This document shows positions 20,121 through 29,654 of a DNA stretch of 64,000 bases, piece by piece (within the stretch, counting starts at the first letter, position 1; every line of letters starts with the position of its first letter). The position numbers and the translations under genes are program-made. The notes beneath the pieces were generated by a model, which did not search any database, was not told the DNA's origin, and worked only from the letters and a program-made list of their open reading frames with translations. The stretch is from Nitrospina sp. (GTDB lineage Bacteria > Nitrospinota > Nitrospinia > Nitrospinales > VA-1): positions 2,240-66,239 of the forward strand of contig JABIAY010000060.1 of assembly GCA_018653085.1 (NCBI GenBank), in the 5' to 3' direction.

Positions 20121-21104
20121 TTAGCGTAGGAAGGTTTTAGGGTATCCCTTACGGGCCAGTTTTTCCTGGGTAAGGAGTGCTTTTTCACGGCTGGGAAAAA
20201 CTCCCAACTGTACGATATAAGTTTTGGCAGGCGCATCAGCCATGCGCGACTCGGACAAGAAGCCTTTTAAACTCAAGCGGTCCTGCAGTTTCTGTGCGTC
20301 TTTAAGGCTTTTGGATTGGCCGACTTTAAGGCTGAAGGAATTATTGGGATTTTTATAAAAGGAGGCACGGAATCCTTTACGGGTCAGTTCTTTTAGCACA
20401 CTGTTTCCAGATTTTTTATTGGTAAAGCTCCCAACCGTTACGAGATGCTGTTTTATTTTTTGCGACCGTGTTTGTATAGAGGGTGCAAAGCCTTTGGCCT
20501 TAAGTTGTTTCAAAAACGATTCCGCATTTTTCTTGACGCCAAATGCACCAACCTGAATAAAGAACCTGACGCTTTCTTTTTTTGCTGGTGATGGTATTTT
20601 TTTCGGGCTTGATTTAGGACTAGAAGATACTTTTTTAATTGTTGGTGATTTTTTTACTTCCTTTTTTACTTCCTTGATTTTAGCCGGCGGTACTGTGCTT
20701 TTGGCCTTTGGTGGTGTGACGAATGGATTGACAAGCGGCGCACTCGCTGATGGTGGAACCGGAATACTGGAGGCGAGTGAACCATCTTCCACCACTGGAA
20801 CCTGTTTAGCCAGGCTTTCTTCTGCGGTCTCAGGTTTTTTTACCTGGGCTTCTTTCGTAGATTCAATCGGAGCGGTCTGGTGGTTTATCTGAAAATAAAC
20901 CAGCGCTAAAAGCCCGATGCCGATCATGGAAATGGAAAACATGCGCGAATTTTTTGACCGGATATTTTTTTCCGCTTCGATTTCCGCTTCGATTTCTGCA
21001 TCCTCGATAAGGTCGTCGATTCGTTTGTGATATTTTGTAACTTCTTCCGGCACTTCTGTGTCTTCGGGGAAAGGCAGTGTTTCCTGTTCCTTGATTTCCA
21101 ACAT
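20121..21104 (-). CDS. SPOR-domain cell division/envelope protein
   Basis: TM helix, Pro/Lys-rich linker, IQVGAF..NA and VQLGVF.SREKA SPOR motifs. Confidence 0.85.
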   Translation of the reverse strand: MLEIKEQETLPFPEDTEVPEEVTKYHKRIDDLIEDAEIEAEIEAEKNIRSKNSRMFSISMIGIGLLALVYFQINHQTAPIESTKEAQVKKPETAEESLAKQVPVVEDGSLASSIPVPPSASAPLVNPFVTPPKAKSTVPPAKIKEVKKEVKKSPTIKKVSSSPKSSPKKIPSPAKKESVRFFIQVGAFGVKKNAESFLKQLKAKGFAPSIQTRSQKIKQHLVTVGSFTNKKSGNSVLKELTRKGFRASFYKNPNNSFSLKVGQSKSLKDAQKLQDRLSLKGFLSESRMADAPAKTYIVQLGVFPSREKALLTQEKLARKGYPKTFLR

Positions 21105-21283
21105 AATCGGGAGCCCTGAGTTTATGGATTAAAATTGGTTGTCGTTTTAATTAGTAGGGACAACTTTGATTGCGAATGTTAGGATATAAAAGCATAGGGG
21201 GCACTTAACCCTGTCCACCCTGTACCTTTAGAAAAGGTATCCGATAACCCCTTAATTGTCAATAGGATAAGGAAGACCCTGCT

Positions 21284-22189
21284 ATGGACCTTTCGGTCGA
21301 ATTAGGCGGTTTAGGTTTGAATAATCCGGTCATAGCGGCTTCCGGAACTTTTGGCTATGGTCTGGAGTACAGTTCACTTGTGGATTTGAATGCTCTTGGC
21401 GGGTTTTCCACTAAAGGGCTTTCTTTAAAACCAAAAACCGGAAACCCTGTGCCCAGGGTCATCGAAACATCTTCTGGCATGCTCAATGCCATTGGGCTGG
21501 AAAACATCGGACTGGAAGCTTTTCTATCTGAGAAGTTACCGCAATTGAAAAATTTCAATACCCGGATCATCGTCAACTTTTTTGGAGACACTACCCAGGA
21601 ATATGTGGAGATGGCCCGGGCTTTGTCTGATGTGGAACGATTAGACGCTCTGGAGATGAATGTTTCCTGTCCCAATGTGGAAAAGGGCGGCTTGCAATTC
21701 AGTTCCGATGCTGGCGTTTTGACAGAAGTGGTTTCTGCGGTGCGCAAGGCAACCGGAAAATTTCTTATTGTCAAGTTGTCTCCCAATGTTACGGATATTA
21801 CCGTGCTTGCCAAAGCGGCAGAAAATGCCGGAGCCGATGCCTTGTCCGTGTGCAATACTTTTGTGGGCATGTCGATTGACTTGAAAACCCGAAAACCTCA
21901 TCTGGCCAATAGGACAGGCGGGCTTTCGGGGCCTGCCATCAAACCGCTTGCCTTGAACCTGGTGTATCAGTCGGCGCGGGCCGTGCAAATTCCGGTTATT
22001 GGAATTGGGGGAATATCAAGCGGCGAAGATGCGGTGGAGTTTTTACTGGCAGGGGCAAAAGCGGTACAAATAGGAACGGCCAATTTTATAGACCCGGCTT
22101 CCACCCTTCACGTGATTGAAGGAATTCGTCAATACTGCCTGGCAAATGGAGTGAACAATCTTTCCGAATTAAAAATGCGGGAAGAGTGA
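21284..22189 (+). CDS. pyrD: dihydroorotate dehydrogenase (family 1B catalytic subunit)
   Basis: ASGTFGYG, GMLNAIGLEN, NVSCPNV, KLSPNV, GGLSGPAIKP. Confidence 0.95.
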   Translation: MDLSVELGGLGLNNPVIAASGTFGYGLEYSSLVDLNALGGFSTKGLSLKPKTGNPVPRVIETSSGMLNAIGLENIGLEAFLSEKLPQLKNFNTRIIVNFFGDTTQEYVEMARALSDVERLDALEMNVSCPNVEKGGLQFSSDAGVLTEVVSAVRKATGKFLIVKLSPNVTDITVLAKAAENAGADALSVCNTFVGMSIDLKTRKPHLANRTGGLSGPAIKPLALNLVYQSARAVQIPVIGIGGISSGEDAVEFLLAGAKAVQIGTANFIDPASTLHVIEGIRQYCLANGVNNLSELKMREE

Positions 22190-23326
22190 CTACCCATTTT
22201 TATAGATTCTGGGTACTCGTTTGCTGACACTGCAAAGAATTTCGTAAGGAATAGTTTTTCCTGCCACAGCAAGTTCCTCGACCGATATCACCTGGTCGCC
22301 CTGCCTGCCGAAGATGACTACCTCATCTCCTTCTTCTACACCCGGAATATCGGTGACATCGATGAGAATCATATCCATGCATATATTTCCGACTTGAGGC
22401 GCACGCTGTCCGCGGACCAGAACATCCATTTTGTTAGACAGCGTGTGGTGGAGTCCATCTGCATAACCGATGGGAAGGGTGGCGAGAATACTGTCACGCT
22501 GGGTTGTGAAACTTCCTGAATAGCTCACGGGCTGTCCCCTGGCAATAGATTTAAGCAGAATGATCTGGCTTTTCCATTGCATGACAGGCTGGAACGGATT
22601 TCCTTCCCGCTCGAAAACAGATTGTAAAGAAGGGGAGGGGAGAACTCCATACAGAATGAGGCCGGGCCGGACCATATTGAAATGGCTTTCGGGAAATTTG
22701 AACAGGGCAGAGGTGTTTGCTGAGTGGATCATTGGCATGGGAACACCTTGCTTTTGTAAGTGGGTCAGAGCAGTTTGAAATTTTTCGAGCTGTGTCCGGG
22801 TGATGGAAAGGTCTTCGTCATCGGCGGAGGAAAAATGGGTGGAGACAGCTTCGATTTTCAAGTTCTTTAAACTGCGAACCTGATCCAGAAGCGCAGGCAA
22901 ATTTTCAGGAGATACCCCAAGCCGGTTCATCCCTGTATCTACCTTGATATGCACCGATACCGTTTTATTCTGTTTTTCAGCTTCTCTGGAAAGAGCCTGG
23001 GCAACGGGCAGGGTGGAAACTATGGTTGCAAGGTTGTGCCGGACTAAATCTTCTGCTTCATCGGGGAAGATGCCGCCCAGTAACAGAATGGGAGTGCTCA
23101 AACCATTTTCCCTGAGTTCGATGCCTTCTTCAATCACCGCAACTCCCAGATAGTTTGCAACGCCGCCCGCTATGCGGGCACAAGGTACAGCTCCATGCCC
23201 GTAGGCATCGGCTTTGACGACTGCCATGACCTGGGTTTGAGGCTCGAGATATTTTTTCAGCGTTTGAAGGTTGTGCCGGAAAGCCGATAAGTCAATTTCA
23301 GCGCGAGTCGCGCGATGGTGTGCCAT
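22190..23326 (-). CDS. alr: alanine racemase
   Basis: AVVKADAYGHG, KVDTGMNRLG, GYADG, ICMD. Confidence 0.97.
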   Translation of the reverse strand: MAHHRATRAEIDLSAFRHNLQTLKKYLEPQTQVMAVVKADAYGHGAVPCARIAGGVANYLGVAVIEEGIELRENGLSTPILLLGGIFPDEAEDLVRHNLATIVSTLPVAQALSREAEKQNKTVSVHIKVDTGMNRLGVSPENLPALLDQVRSLKNLKIEAVSTHFSSADDEDLSITRTQLEKFQTALTHLQKQGVPMPMIHSANTSALFKFPESHFNMVRPGLILYGVLPSPSLQSVFEREGNPFQPVMQWKSQIILLKSIARGQPVSYSGSFTTQRDSILATLPIGYADGLHHTLSNKMDVLVRGQRAPQVGNICMDMILIDVTDIPGVEEGDEVVIFGRQGDQVISVEELAVAGKTIPYEILCSVSKRVPRIYKNG

Positions 23327-23371
23327 AAAATTGTTGGGATAAAATGTTTCTAATCGGTTGAGAGTGCCCGG

Positions 23372-23854
23372 TTACTCTCTTCGTGACCTGCCTGTGGTGG
23401 ATAAGCGTCCGCTTTTTTTAACCGGCGGACCGGAAGTGCGGACAGCCCGGCAACACATGTTTTCTTCATCTCTGGCTTTTTTTCTCACCTGGTAGGCCCG
23501 GTCGCTGTAAAAATTATAGGCCATGGCGTTGATGCCTTGTTCTTCCTGGCACCAGTAAGTGGACCCGCAACCCTCAGGGAATTTATAGTCGAGATGAACG
23601 ATGTCGCCATCGAAATCGGTGTTCTTGCAGTCGTGGTCATACAGGTTTCTGCATTCCTGGCTTTTAGGCAGTCTCCAGTCGTCGAACCCGGCGAATTTTT
23701 GTTCATTGAGCCAGTCTATGTAATTATGGGCACCTTTCCAGGAGCACCATTTATTGCGCATTTGGTAGCTGTCTTCCCGGGTCCAGGTCAAGTTGTACTT
23801 GGTGTCGGTCAGGGTCTCGTTTTCGTTATCTTTAAACCGGTCTTCGTCTGCCAT
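23372..23854 (-). CDS. DUF1566 (Lcl C-terminal) domain protein
   Basis: TLTDTKYNLTW, FAGFDDWRLP, C-terminal RAVR. Confidence 0.8.
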   Translation of the reverse strand: MADEDRFKDNENETLTDTKYNLTWTREDSYQMRNKWCSWKGAHNYIDWLNEQKFAGFDDWRLPKSQECRNLYDHDCKNTDFDGDIVHLDYKFPEGCGSTYWCQEEQGINAMAYNFYSDRAYQVRKKARDEENMCCRAVRTSGPPVKKSGRLSTTGRSRRE

Positions 23855-23973
23855 GAATCTCTAAAAAATGGTTTGGAAATAATGATGGATAGTATATTTT
23901 AAAGGGTGTCCTCATGGCAAATATTGATTTTTAGTTATGCCTCTCAGTTTAATTTTTCATATATAGGAATGTT

Positions 23974-24258
23974 ATGCCGAAAATAGAAATTCAAAGTTTT
24001 TTTTATGACTTGCTTCATTGTAAGAATAAGATCCTCAGTGTTTTTGATAAATGGGATCAGAAATATGAAGAGGATGAACGCGGTTCTCTTGTCGCCGGAA
24101 TGCGCGACTGCCCGGATGCAGAATTGATCAATTTATTGATGAATATCCAGAAGCTGGCAACGGGATATGAACAAATCAAGGACCTGATGGATAAGGCCGA
24201 GCAGGATCAGGTTGATGAAGCGATGGATGAAGACGACCCTGATGACGAAGAGTTTTAA
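23974..24258 (+). CDS. hypothetical small acidic protein
   Basis: AGGA RBS, helical ORF with an acidic tail. Confidence 0.75.
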   Translation: MPKIEIQSFFYDLLHCKNKILSVFDKWDQKYEEDERGSLVAGMRDCPDAELINLLMNIQKLATGYEQIKDLMDKAEQDQVDEAMDEDDPDDEEF

Positions 24259-24402
24259 CCCGCGCTCCTCGGCGGAGGGCCAGCGTGCCATGGTTTTTTG
24301 CCCCATATTGCAAAACCGAGCCGGGGGACTACATTCTAACAGGTGTTTGTCGCTGATAACTGCGGACCGTTAATTTTTTTCTGATTAAGAGGGGTTGATG
24401 CT

Positions 24403-25281
24403 ATGGAAGAAACCGTCAAACAAAACTTTCAAACCTTGACCAGGTTTGTCGATGAAGCGATTGAATTCGCCGTGGTTTATGGGTTCCAGGTCCTCGGTGC
24501 GTTGGCGGGACTATTTATCGGGCTAAAAATTGCAGGGTGGGCGGGGAGGAAAACAACTCAATTTTCTTTGGCGAAACAAGTCGAAACTACCCTGGCGGGT
24601 TTCTTTGGGAAAATCGTCAAAATAATATTTATCTGTATTGTCGTGATTATTACGCTTGGTAACTTTGGGCTCACGATTACTCCGTTGGTGGCACTGGCAG
24701 GTGCCGCAACATTTGGAATTACAATGGCACTCCAAGGTCCTGTTTCCAATTATGGGTCGGGAATAAGCATCATTATCGGCAGGCCGTTCTTGATAGGCGA
24801 TACCATCTCGGTCGCAGGTTCCGGTGTCAGTGGTGTTGTTGAGGAAATTAAGCTGGCTTATACCCTTCTCGTTGGCGAAGATGGCGAACAAATCATTGTT
24901 CCCAATAAAGAGATTATTGGCCGGGTTATCGTAAACTCGAAAGATCGTCGGGTTGTGCAAACCAAGATCGCCCTTGCCGGCAAGGCTAATATTGAGGCTA
25001 CTATTTCAGCCTTAAAAGATGCGCTCTCAAAGTTCCCGGAATTGCAGGATGACCCCCGACCGCTAGTAGGGGTTCATGACTTCACCTATGGCGGTGTTGT
25101 GCTGGGTGTGCGGTTCTGGGTGTCCAGTCAGAAATATTTCCGTACCCGTTATGCCGTTAATGAAGCACTGTTGAAGGCTGTAGAGGGGATCGGCGAGAAG
25201 TTATTGTCAGTCGATAGTGTTGCGCTAACACCAGAAAGATTGTCCGCAGATGAAAACACAAATACATTTAGCTCAGAATAA
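24403..25281 (+). CDS. mscS: small-conductance mechanosensitive channel family protein
   Basis: Three TM helices, ALQGPVSNYGSG, RPFLIGD, VPN. Confidence 0.88.
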   Translation: MEETVKQNFQTLTRFVDEAIEFAVVYGFQVLGALAGLFIGLKIAGWAGRKTTQFSLAKQVETTLAGFFGKIVKIIFICIVVIITLGNFGLTITPLVALAGAATFGITMALQGPVSNYGSGISIIIGRPFLIGDTISVAGSGVSGVVEEIKLAYTLLVGEDGEQIIVPNKEIIGRVIVNSKDRRVVQTKIALAGKANIEATISALKDALSKFPELQDDPRPLVGVHDFTYGGVVLGVRFWVSSQKYFRTRYAVNEALLKAVEGIGEKLLSVDSVALTPERLSADENTNTFSSE

Positions 25282-25358
25282 TTTTTGCCTCCCTCCCTTT
25301 TAAATCGGAGTGGGACTGAGGGGGCGGAGCCCCCTCTCATTGTATAAATTGCGCTTTT

Positions 25359-25520
25359 CTATTTTCCTAGCAATTCATTGGCCTTCTTTGCTGCATCTTC
25401 CATGGTTTTATCCAGTTGCTCTCCAGCCTTTTCCGCCGAACCTTTTTCCTCGCATCCGATTACGCCAACCATCGATATCATTAAAATTGAGACGATAATT
25501 AATTTTTTAATATTGTTCAT
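25359..25520 (-). CDS. small 53-aa lipoprotein (absent from the ORF track)
   Basis: MNNIKKLIIVSILMISMVGVIGCEEKGSAEKAGEQLDKTMEDAAKKANELLGK; lipobox VIGC; AAGGAGG RBS. Confidence 0.8.
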   Translation of the reverse strand: MNNIKKLIIVSILMISMVGVIGCEEKGSAEKAGEQLDKTMEDAAKKANELLGK

Positions 25521-25568
25521 AGGCCTCCTTAATTTAAAAGAATGATTTAATCAAGCGGTTATGTTTGA

Positions 25569-26363
25569 TCAGTTTCCAAATATTCCTTTAACGGCATCTC
25601 CCATCGGGTTGTTTTCTACCAGATCCTTGGTTCCTGAGGTGCCTTTCTCCAACATATCTTTTGCTCCAGAAACAACCGAACCTACAACCTCTTTAACTTG
25701 ATCTAGATTCAGATGCTTGACAGCTCCATTTATATTCTTTTGCAAGGAATCTATTACTTTACTGGCCACTTCTCCTGGTGTAGCACCGCCTTTGCTTTTG
25801 CCGATGTCTTTCAATACGATATTCGGAAGATCCACGGACATGGTTTTACCCTGCAAGATTGACGCGCTGACATTAGCCTTGCCGTTAAGAATAGATAGTT
25901 TTTCTACGATTAGCTTTTTGCCGCCTTCACCACCAGATTTTTTCTCTGATGAACCTTTCCCTGTTCCCAGGTATGAATCTACATTTTTCTTGATCGCGTC
26001 AATATTGCTCCCATTTGTACTATGTTCGTAAGTGATTCTGGGGCCGGAAATGGTTATATCCTTAACGACTATAGTATCTTCGGTAATAGTTTTAATGTCC
26101 AAAGCAATGCTGATTTCATCAAACTCTACGGAGTTTTCAGTTTTAAAGTTTTCCGGATTTGTCATTCTGAATCCGCGCAGAGCCCCCTTGCCATCGGTGG
26201 CTGAAATTTTGGTTTCCTTCAGCGTGACCTGCGTTTGCGTGATTTCTGAACCAAATTTTTCAATGGCACTTGTAATAATGGTGTCGAGCGATGAATATAA
26301 GAAAAATACCGCGATCGCTGCTAAAACCAGTACTCCACCGCCAATGCCAATCAGGCGTTTCAT
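25569..26363 (-). CDS. AsmA-like membrane-anchored protein
   Basis: N-terminal TM, NPENF, ITISGPRITYE...SNID beta-rich AsmA-like N-terminus; GGAGG RBS. Confidence 0.7.
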   Translation of the reverse strand: MKRLIGIGGGVLVLAAIAVFFLYSSLDTIITSAIEKFGSEITQTQVTLKETKISATDGKGALRGFRMTNPENFKTENSVEFDEISIALDIKTITEDTIVVKDITISGPRITYEHSTNGSNIDAIKKNVDSYLGTGKGSSEKKSGGEGGKKLIVEKLSILNGKANVSASILQGKTMSVDLPNIVLKDIGKSKGGATPGEVASKVIDSLQKNINGAVKHLNLDQVKEVVGSVVSGAKDMLEKGTSGTKDLVENNPMGDAVKGIFGN

Positions 26364-26706
26364 ATAAATAACCTCCATTTAACTTTGAGCGAGATTTATT
26401 GTTTGACCATTTGACCGGTCTCTCTTAGCTGTCTCAATTATAAGCCAAAGAATTTTAAAAGTAACCCACACTCAAAAAAAGAGTCTAACGTGAATTACCC
26501 CTGACCAGACCCCGTTATTCCTGCCAGATATAGGATTTAACCATAAGTTTCTCATTTTTGATTTTTTTGTCAATTGGTTCGGCCTTCGAATATCCGTCCA
26601 AGTATTAAGCTGGAATACCTACAATGTAAGCCACTCTGGACGATCGAGGGGCCTCTTGAATGCTATTCAGGTGGGCATCTTGGTTTTCTAGTGCGTATTT
26701 GTCGAG

Positions 26707-27879
26707 TCAATTAATATTAAGCGGAGTTCCGGTTTCGGGGTCGAGAAGTATGCGTGTGAGGGAGCGATTGCCGCCCAGCCACAGGGAGTGGTCGGAGGCT
26801 GATTCAATACTGAAAATAAATTTTGATTTCAAGCCGTTGATGGCTGAAAAGTTCTGAAATATTTTCCCATCGAAACGGCTCAATCCGTTATTGGTGCCGA
26901 TCCACAACCTGCCTGATCGGTCCAGTTCCAAAGCAAGTATAAAATTCCCCGGCAGTCCATCCTTCATGGTGAAGTTGCGAAACTTCAAGGTGCGGGTATC
27001 GAGCATACTCAGTCCACCTCCCCAGGTTCCTATCCACAAACGGTTTTCATTGTCCAGTAACATGGAAACCACATAGTTGGGCCGGTAGTCCGAAGTCTGT
27101 AAATTGGGAATGGATGGAGAAGCTGAGTGATGCTGGCCTTGAAAGAGCGACATGATGCTCCGGTTATCCTGTTGTACCTGCTCGTAGGGGGCTCCGAGTC
27201 CGTTCGCATGATTGAAGGCCTGCCATTTTCCGTTATGATAAACGGAGATGCCGGATTCGGTGCCAAACCATATTCTCCCGGAAGGTTCAATTTCGATGGC
27301 ATAAACCCAATCATCGATCAATCCGCCTTCTGTGTTTTCGACGGTAAAACTTTGCCAGTTTTTTCTCAATCCGGGATCCCCCGTTACCCGGTTGACTCCA
27401 CTCCAGGTTGCGAGCCAGAGAGTTTTTTTGTCGAATTCGATATCGTATACAAAGGCGTCGTTCAGTCCTTGCGGGGTATTGTAATGTTGCCATTGTTTGC
27501 CGTTAAAATGGCTGAGTCCGCCTCCATAGGTTCCAATCCAGGGCCGGTTTTCAGGGTCCATGCCAATCGCGAAAATTCCATTGCTGAGTAAATGGTTTTG
27601 ATTGTCGTAGACTTCATAATCCTCGTTGGTATGAGTGTCGTAGCGGATGATTCCCTGTCCGGTTCCCATCCACAGATGCCTGCCTTGAGAGGTCAATACT
27701 TTAATGTTTCGGGTGTTGAGATCAAAGGTTTGGGTTTTTAGAATATGGGGGTAGGGTTCCGCTGAAGTTTTTTCGGGTATAGAGAAAGCATTGCTGGTAT
27801 CCACAGGGATAAAACTCGCCACTGCGATAAAAATGAATATAATGGCCCTTGCTTTATTTATAAAATTGAAAGGTTGCAT
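26707..27879 (-). CDS. secreted two-component-regulator propeller (Reg_prop) repeat protein
   Basis: Repeated GL..D/N.V..I..D..G.LWIGT.GG motifs; signal peptide; no kinase domain. Confidence 0.85.
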   Translation of the reverse strand: MQPFNFINKARAIIFIFIAVASFIPVDTSNAFSIPEKTSAEPYPHILKTQTFDLNTRNIKVLTSQGRHLWMGTGQGIIRYDTHTNEDYEVYDNQNHLLSNGIFAIGMDPENRPWIGTYGGGLSHFNGKQWQHYNTPQGLNDAFVYDIEFDKKTLWLATWSGVNRVTGDPGLRKNWQSFTVENTEGGLIDDWVYAIEIEPSGRIWFGTESGISVYHNGKWQAFNHANGLGAPYEQVQQDNRSIMSLFQGQHHSASPSIPNLQTSDYRPNYVVSMLLDNENRLWIGTWGGGLSMLDTRTLKFRNFTMKDGLPGNFILALELDRSGRLWIGTNNGLSRFDGKIFQNFSAINGLKSKFIFSIESASDHSLWLGGNRSLTRILLDPETGTPLNIN

Positions 27880-28768
27880 GGTGAATTTTTTATTTGTCAA
27901 TTCTAGAAACTATAGCGCAGTTATTTTCATATTGCCTTTGTTTTTTCTTTTCGGATGTGGAGATTGTGATTGTGAAAAGGAAGAAGATCTTTTGCCTGCT
28001 ATAAAGGTTTCCCAGCGGGACCAGAAAGAAATGGTTCTGGTTCCGTCCGGTGAGTTTATTATGGGTACGAACAAGGTGGACACCGAGGGCACGCATAAAA
28101 AAATTGGCGCGATTAAACCTCTTTATCTCGACCAGCATCCTGAAAGAAAATTACTTCTTGGGTCGTTTTATATGGATCGGTATGAAGTGACCAATGAAGA
28201 GTATCAAGGGTTTTTGCATGCGACCCAGTTTACTGACTTGCCTGCCCACTGGGTGGATGGAGTTTATCCTGAGGAGCAGGCTTCACATCCCGTCACCCAG
28301 GTCACATGGTGGGAGGGTTGGTCGTATTGCATGTGGGCGGGCAAACAGCTACCTACCGAAGCGCAATGGGAAAAATCCGCACGGGGTCCAGACGGTCTTC
28401 CGTATCCATGGGGGAAGGAGTTTGTTAAAGGAAAGGCGAACCTGGGGATTGATGGAGATCGTAAAACAGCGGCTGTCACTGCGTACCCTGAGGATGTGAG
28501 CCCGTATAAAATATATGGCTTGTCAGGGAATGTTATGGAGTGGACTCGGGATTGGTACCTTCCTTACCCGGGAAACTCGAAGCCGGACCGCCGGTTTGGC
28601 AGGGAACTAAAGGTCCTGAGGGGAAATGGATTCCAGAAAGCCGGACATTATTTTTTACCCGCCTACCGATACGCGTTTACTCGCACCGAGGCCAATCCTA
28701 ATGATTTTTTTGAGAATGTGGGGTTCCGTTGCGCATCAGAAATCATCCCGGGAAAAGGTGATCTCTGA
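27878..28768 (+). CDS. FGE-sulfatase (SUMF1)-domain lipoprotein
   Basis: MVLVPSGEFIMG, DRYEVTN, LPTEAQWEK.ARG, GNVMEW, VGFRCA; lipobox LFGC; exact start uncertain. Confidence 0.85.
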   Translation: MVNFLFVNSRNYSAVIFILPLFFLFGCGDCDCEKEEDLLPAIKVSQRDQKEMVLVPSGEFIMGTNKVDTEGTHKKIGAIKPLYLDQHPERKLLLGSFYMDRYEVTNEEYQGFLHATQFTDLPAHWVDGVYPEEQASHPVTQVTWWEGWSYCMWAGKQLPTEAQWEKSARGPDGLPYPWGKEFVKGKANLGIDGDRKTAAVTAYPEDVSPYKIYGLSGNVMEWTRDWYLPYPGNSKPDRRFGRELKVLRGNGFQKAGHYFLPAYRYAFTRTEANPNDFFENVGFRCASEIIPGKGDL

Positions 28769-28793
28769 AAATTTAGGGGTCAATGTCCGGGTG

Positions 28794-29648
28794 TTACCCG
28801 GCCAGGATGGTGTTTTCCAGGTTGGCGCCCTTGGTAATCGCTTTTGCAATGTTGGCATCTACCAGATACGCATCTGAAAGGTTGGCGTTGGTAAAGCTTG
28901 TGCCATGCAAATTGGCTTCCAGGAGAAAGGCGTTTTGAAGGTTGGCTCCTTCCATGTTGGCGTAGGTCAGATCAGATCCCTCCATGTTGGCTTCTTCCAA
29001 AACGATTCCTGCGCATTGAGCGTCTTTCAAATCCACACCAATCAGGTTTGCGTTGGTCAAATTGACTTCTTTAAAGGTGCAGGAGTTAAGGTCTGCGTAT
29101 TTCAGTATGGAACCCTTTAAGTCTACTTCAGTCAATTTAGAAAAGCTCAAGTCGCATCCCCTCGCATTGGCTCCTCCCAGTCGGGATTTATTTATGATGG
29201 CCTGTTTCATGAAGGTGTACATCATCCGGGCGAATCCCATATTGCTGTTTTCTATAGTGGCGGAATAAAAACTGGCGTGGCCCAGGTTTGCACCCTGGAA
29301 GTCACATTCGTTTATGTTGGCTCGTGAAAAATCACAGTTGGTCAGGGTAGCATTTTTGAAATTACAGCCCACCATATTTGCGCCTTCAAAGTTGACCCCT
29401 TCAAGGTTAGCTCCTGTAAAATTCAGGTCCTTGATCTTTGCATTTTTCATGGATGACTTTTCCAGAGAAGCTTGGGAAAAATCAACTTCGCACAGTTCGG
29501 AGTCGTCTATAACCGTCTCAACCAGAGTTGCGTAAACAAAGCTGGCGCCATTGAGGCTTACCCCTTTCAGGTCAAAGCCACTGAAATCGCCCCCATCCTG
29601 CTTGGGCTCTTTCATGATTAATGAAATCATCTCATCAACGTTTGACAT
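28794..29648 (-). CDS. pentapeptide repeat protein
   Basis: Nearly the whole protein is A(N/D)(L/F)xx repeats. Confidence 0.92.
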   Translation of the reverse strand: MSNVDEMISLIMKEPKQDGGDFSGFDLKGVSLNGASFVYATLVETVIDDSELCEVDFSQASLEKSSMKNAKIKDLNFTGANLEGVNFEGANMVGCNFKNATLTNCDFSRANINECDFQGANLGHASFYSATIENSNMGFARMMYTFMKQAIINKSRLGGANARGCDLSFSKLTEVDLKGSILKYADLNSCTFKEVNLTNANLIGVDLKDAQCAGIVLEEANMEGSDLTYANMEGANLQNAFLLEANLHGTSFTNANLSDAYLVDANIAKAITKGANLENTILAG

Positions 29649-29654
29649 TTACTT

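Noticed and set aside
23372-28768. DUF1566 and FGE-sulfatase (C-type lectin fold) genes as diversity-generating retroelement targets
   Set aside because: No reverse transcriptase and no template/variable repeat pair with adenine-specific mismatches visible in the window
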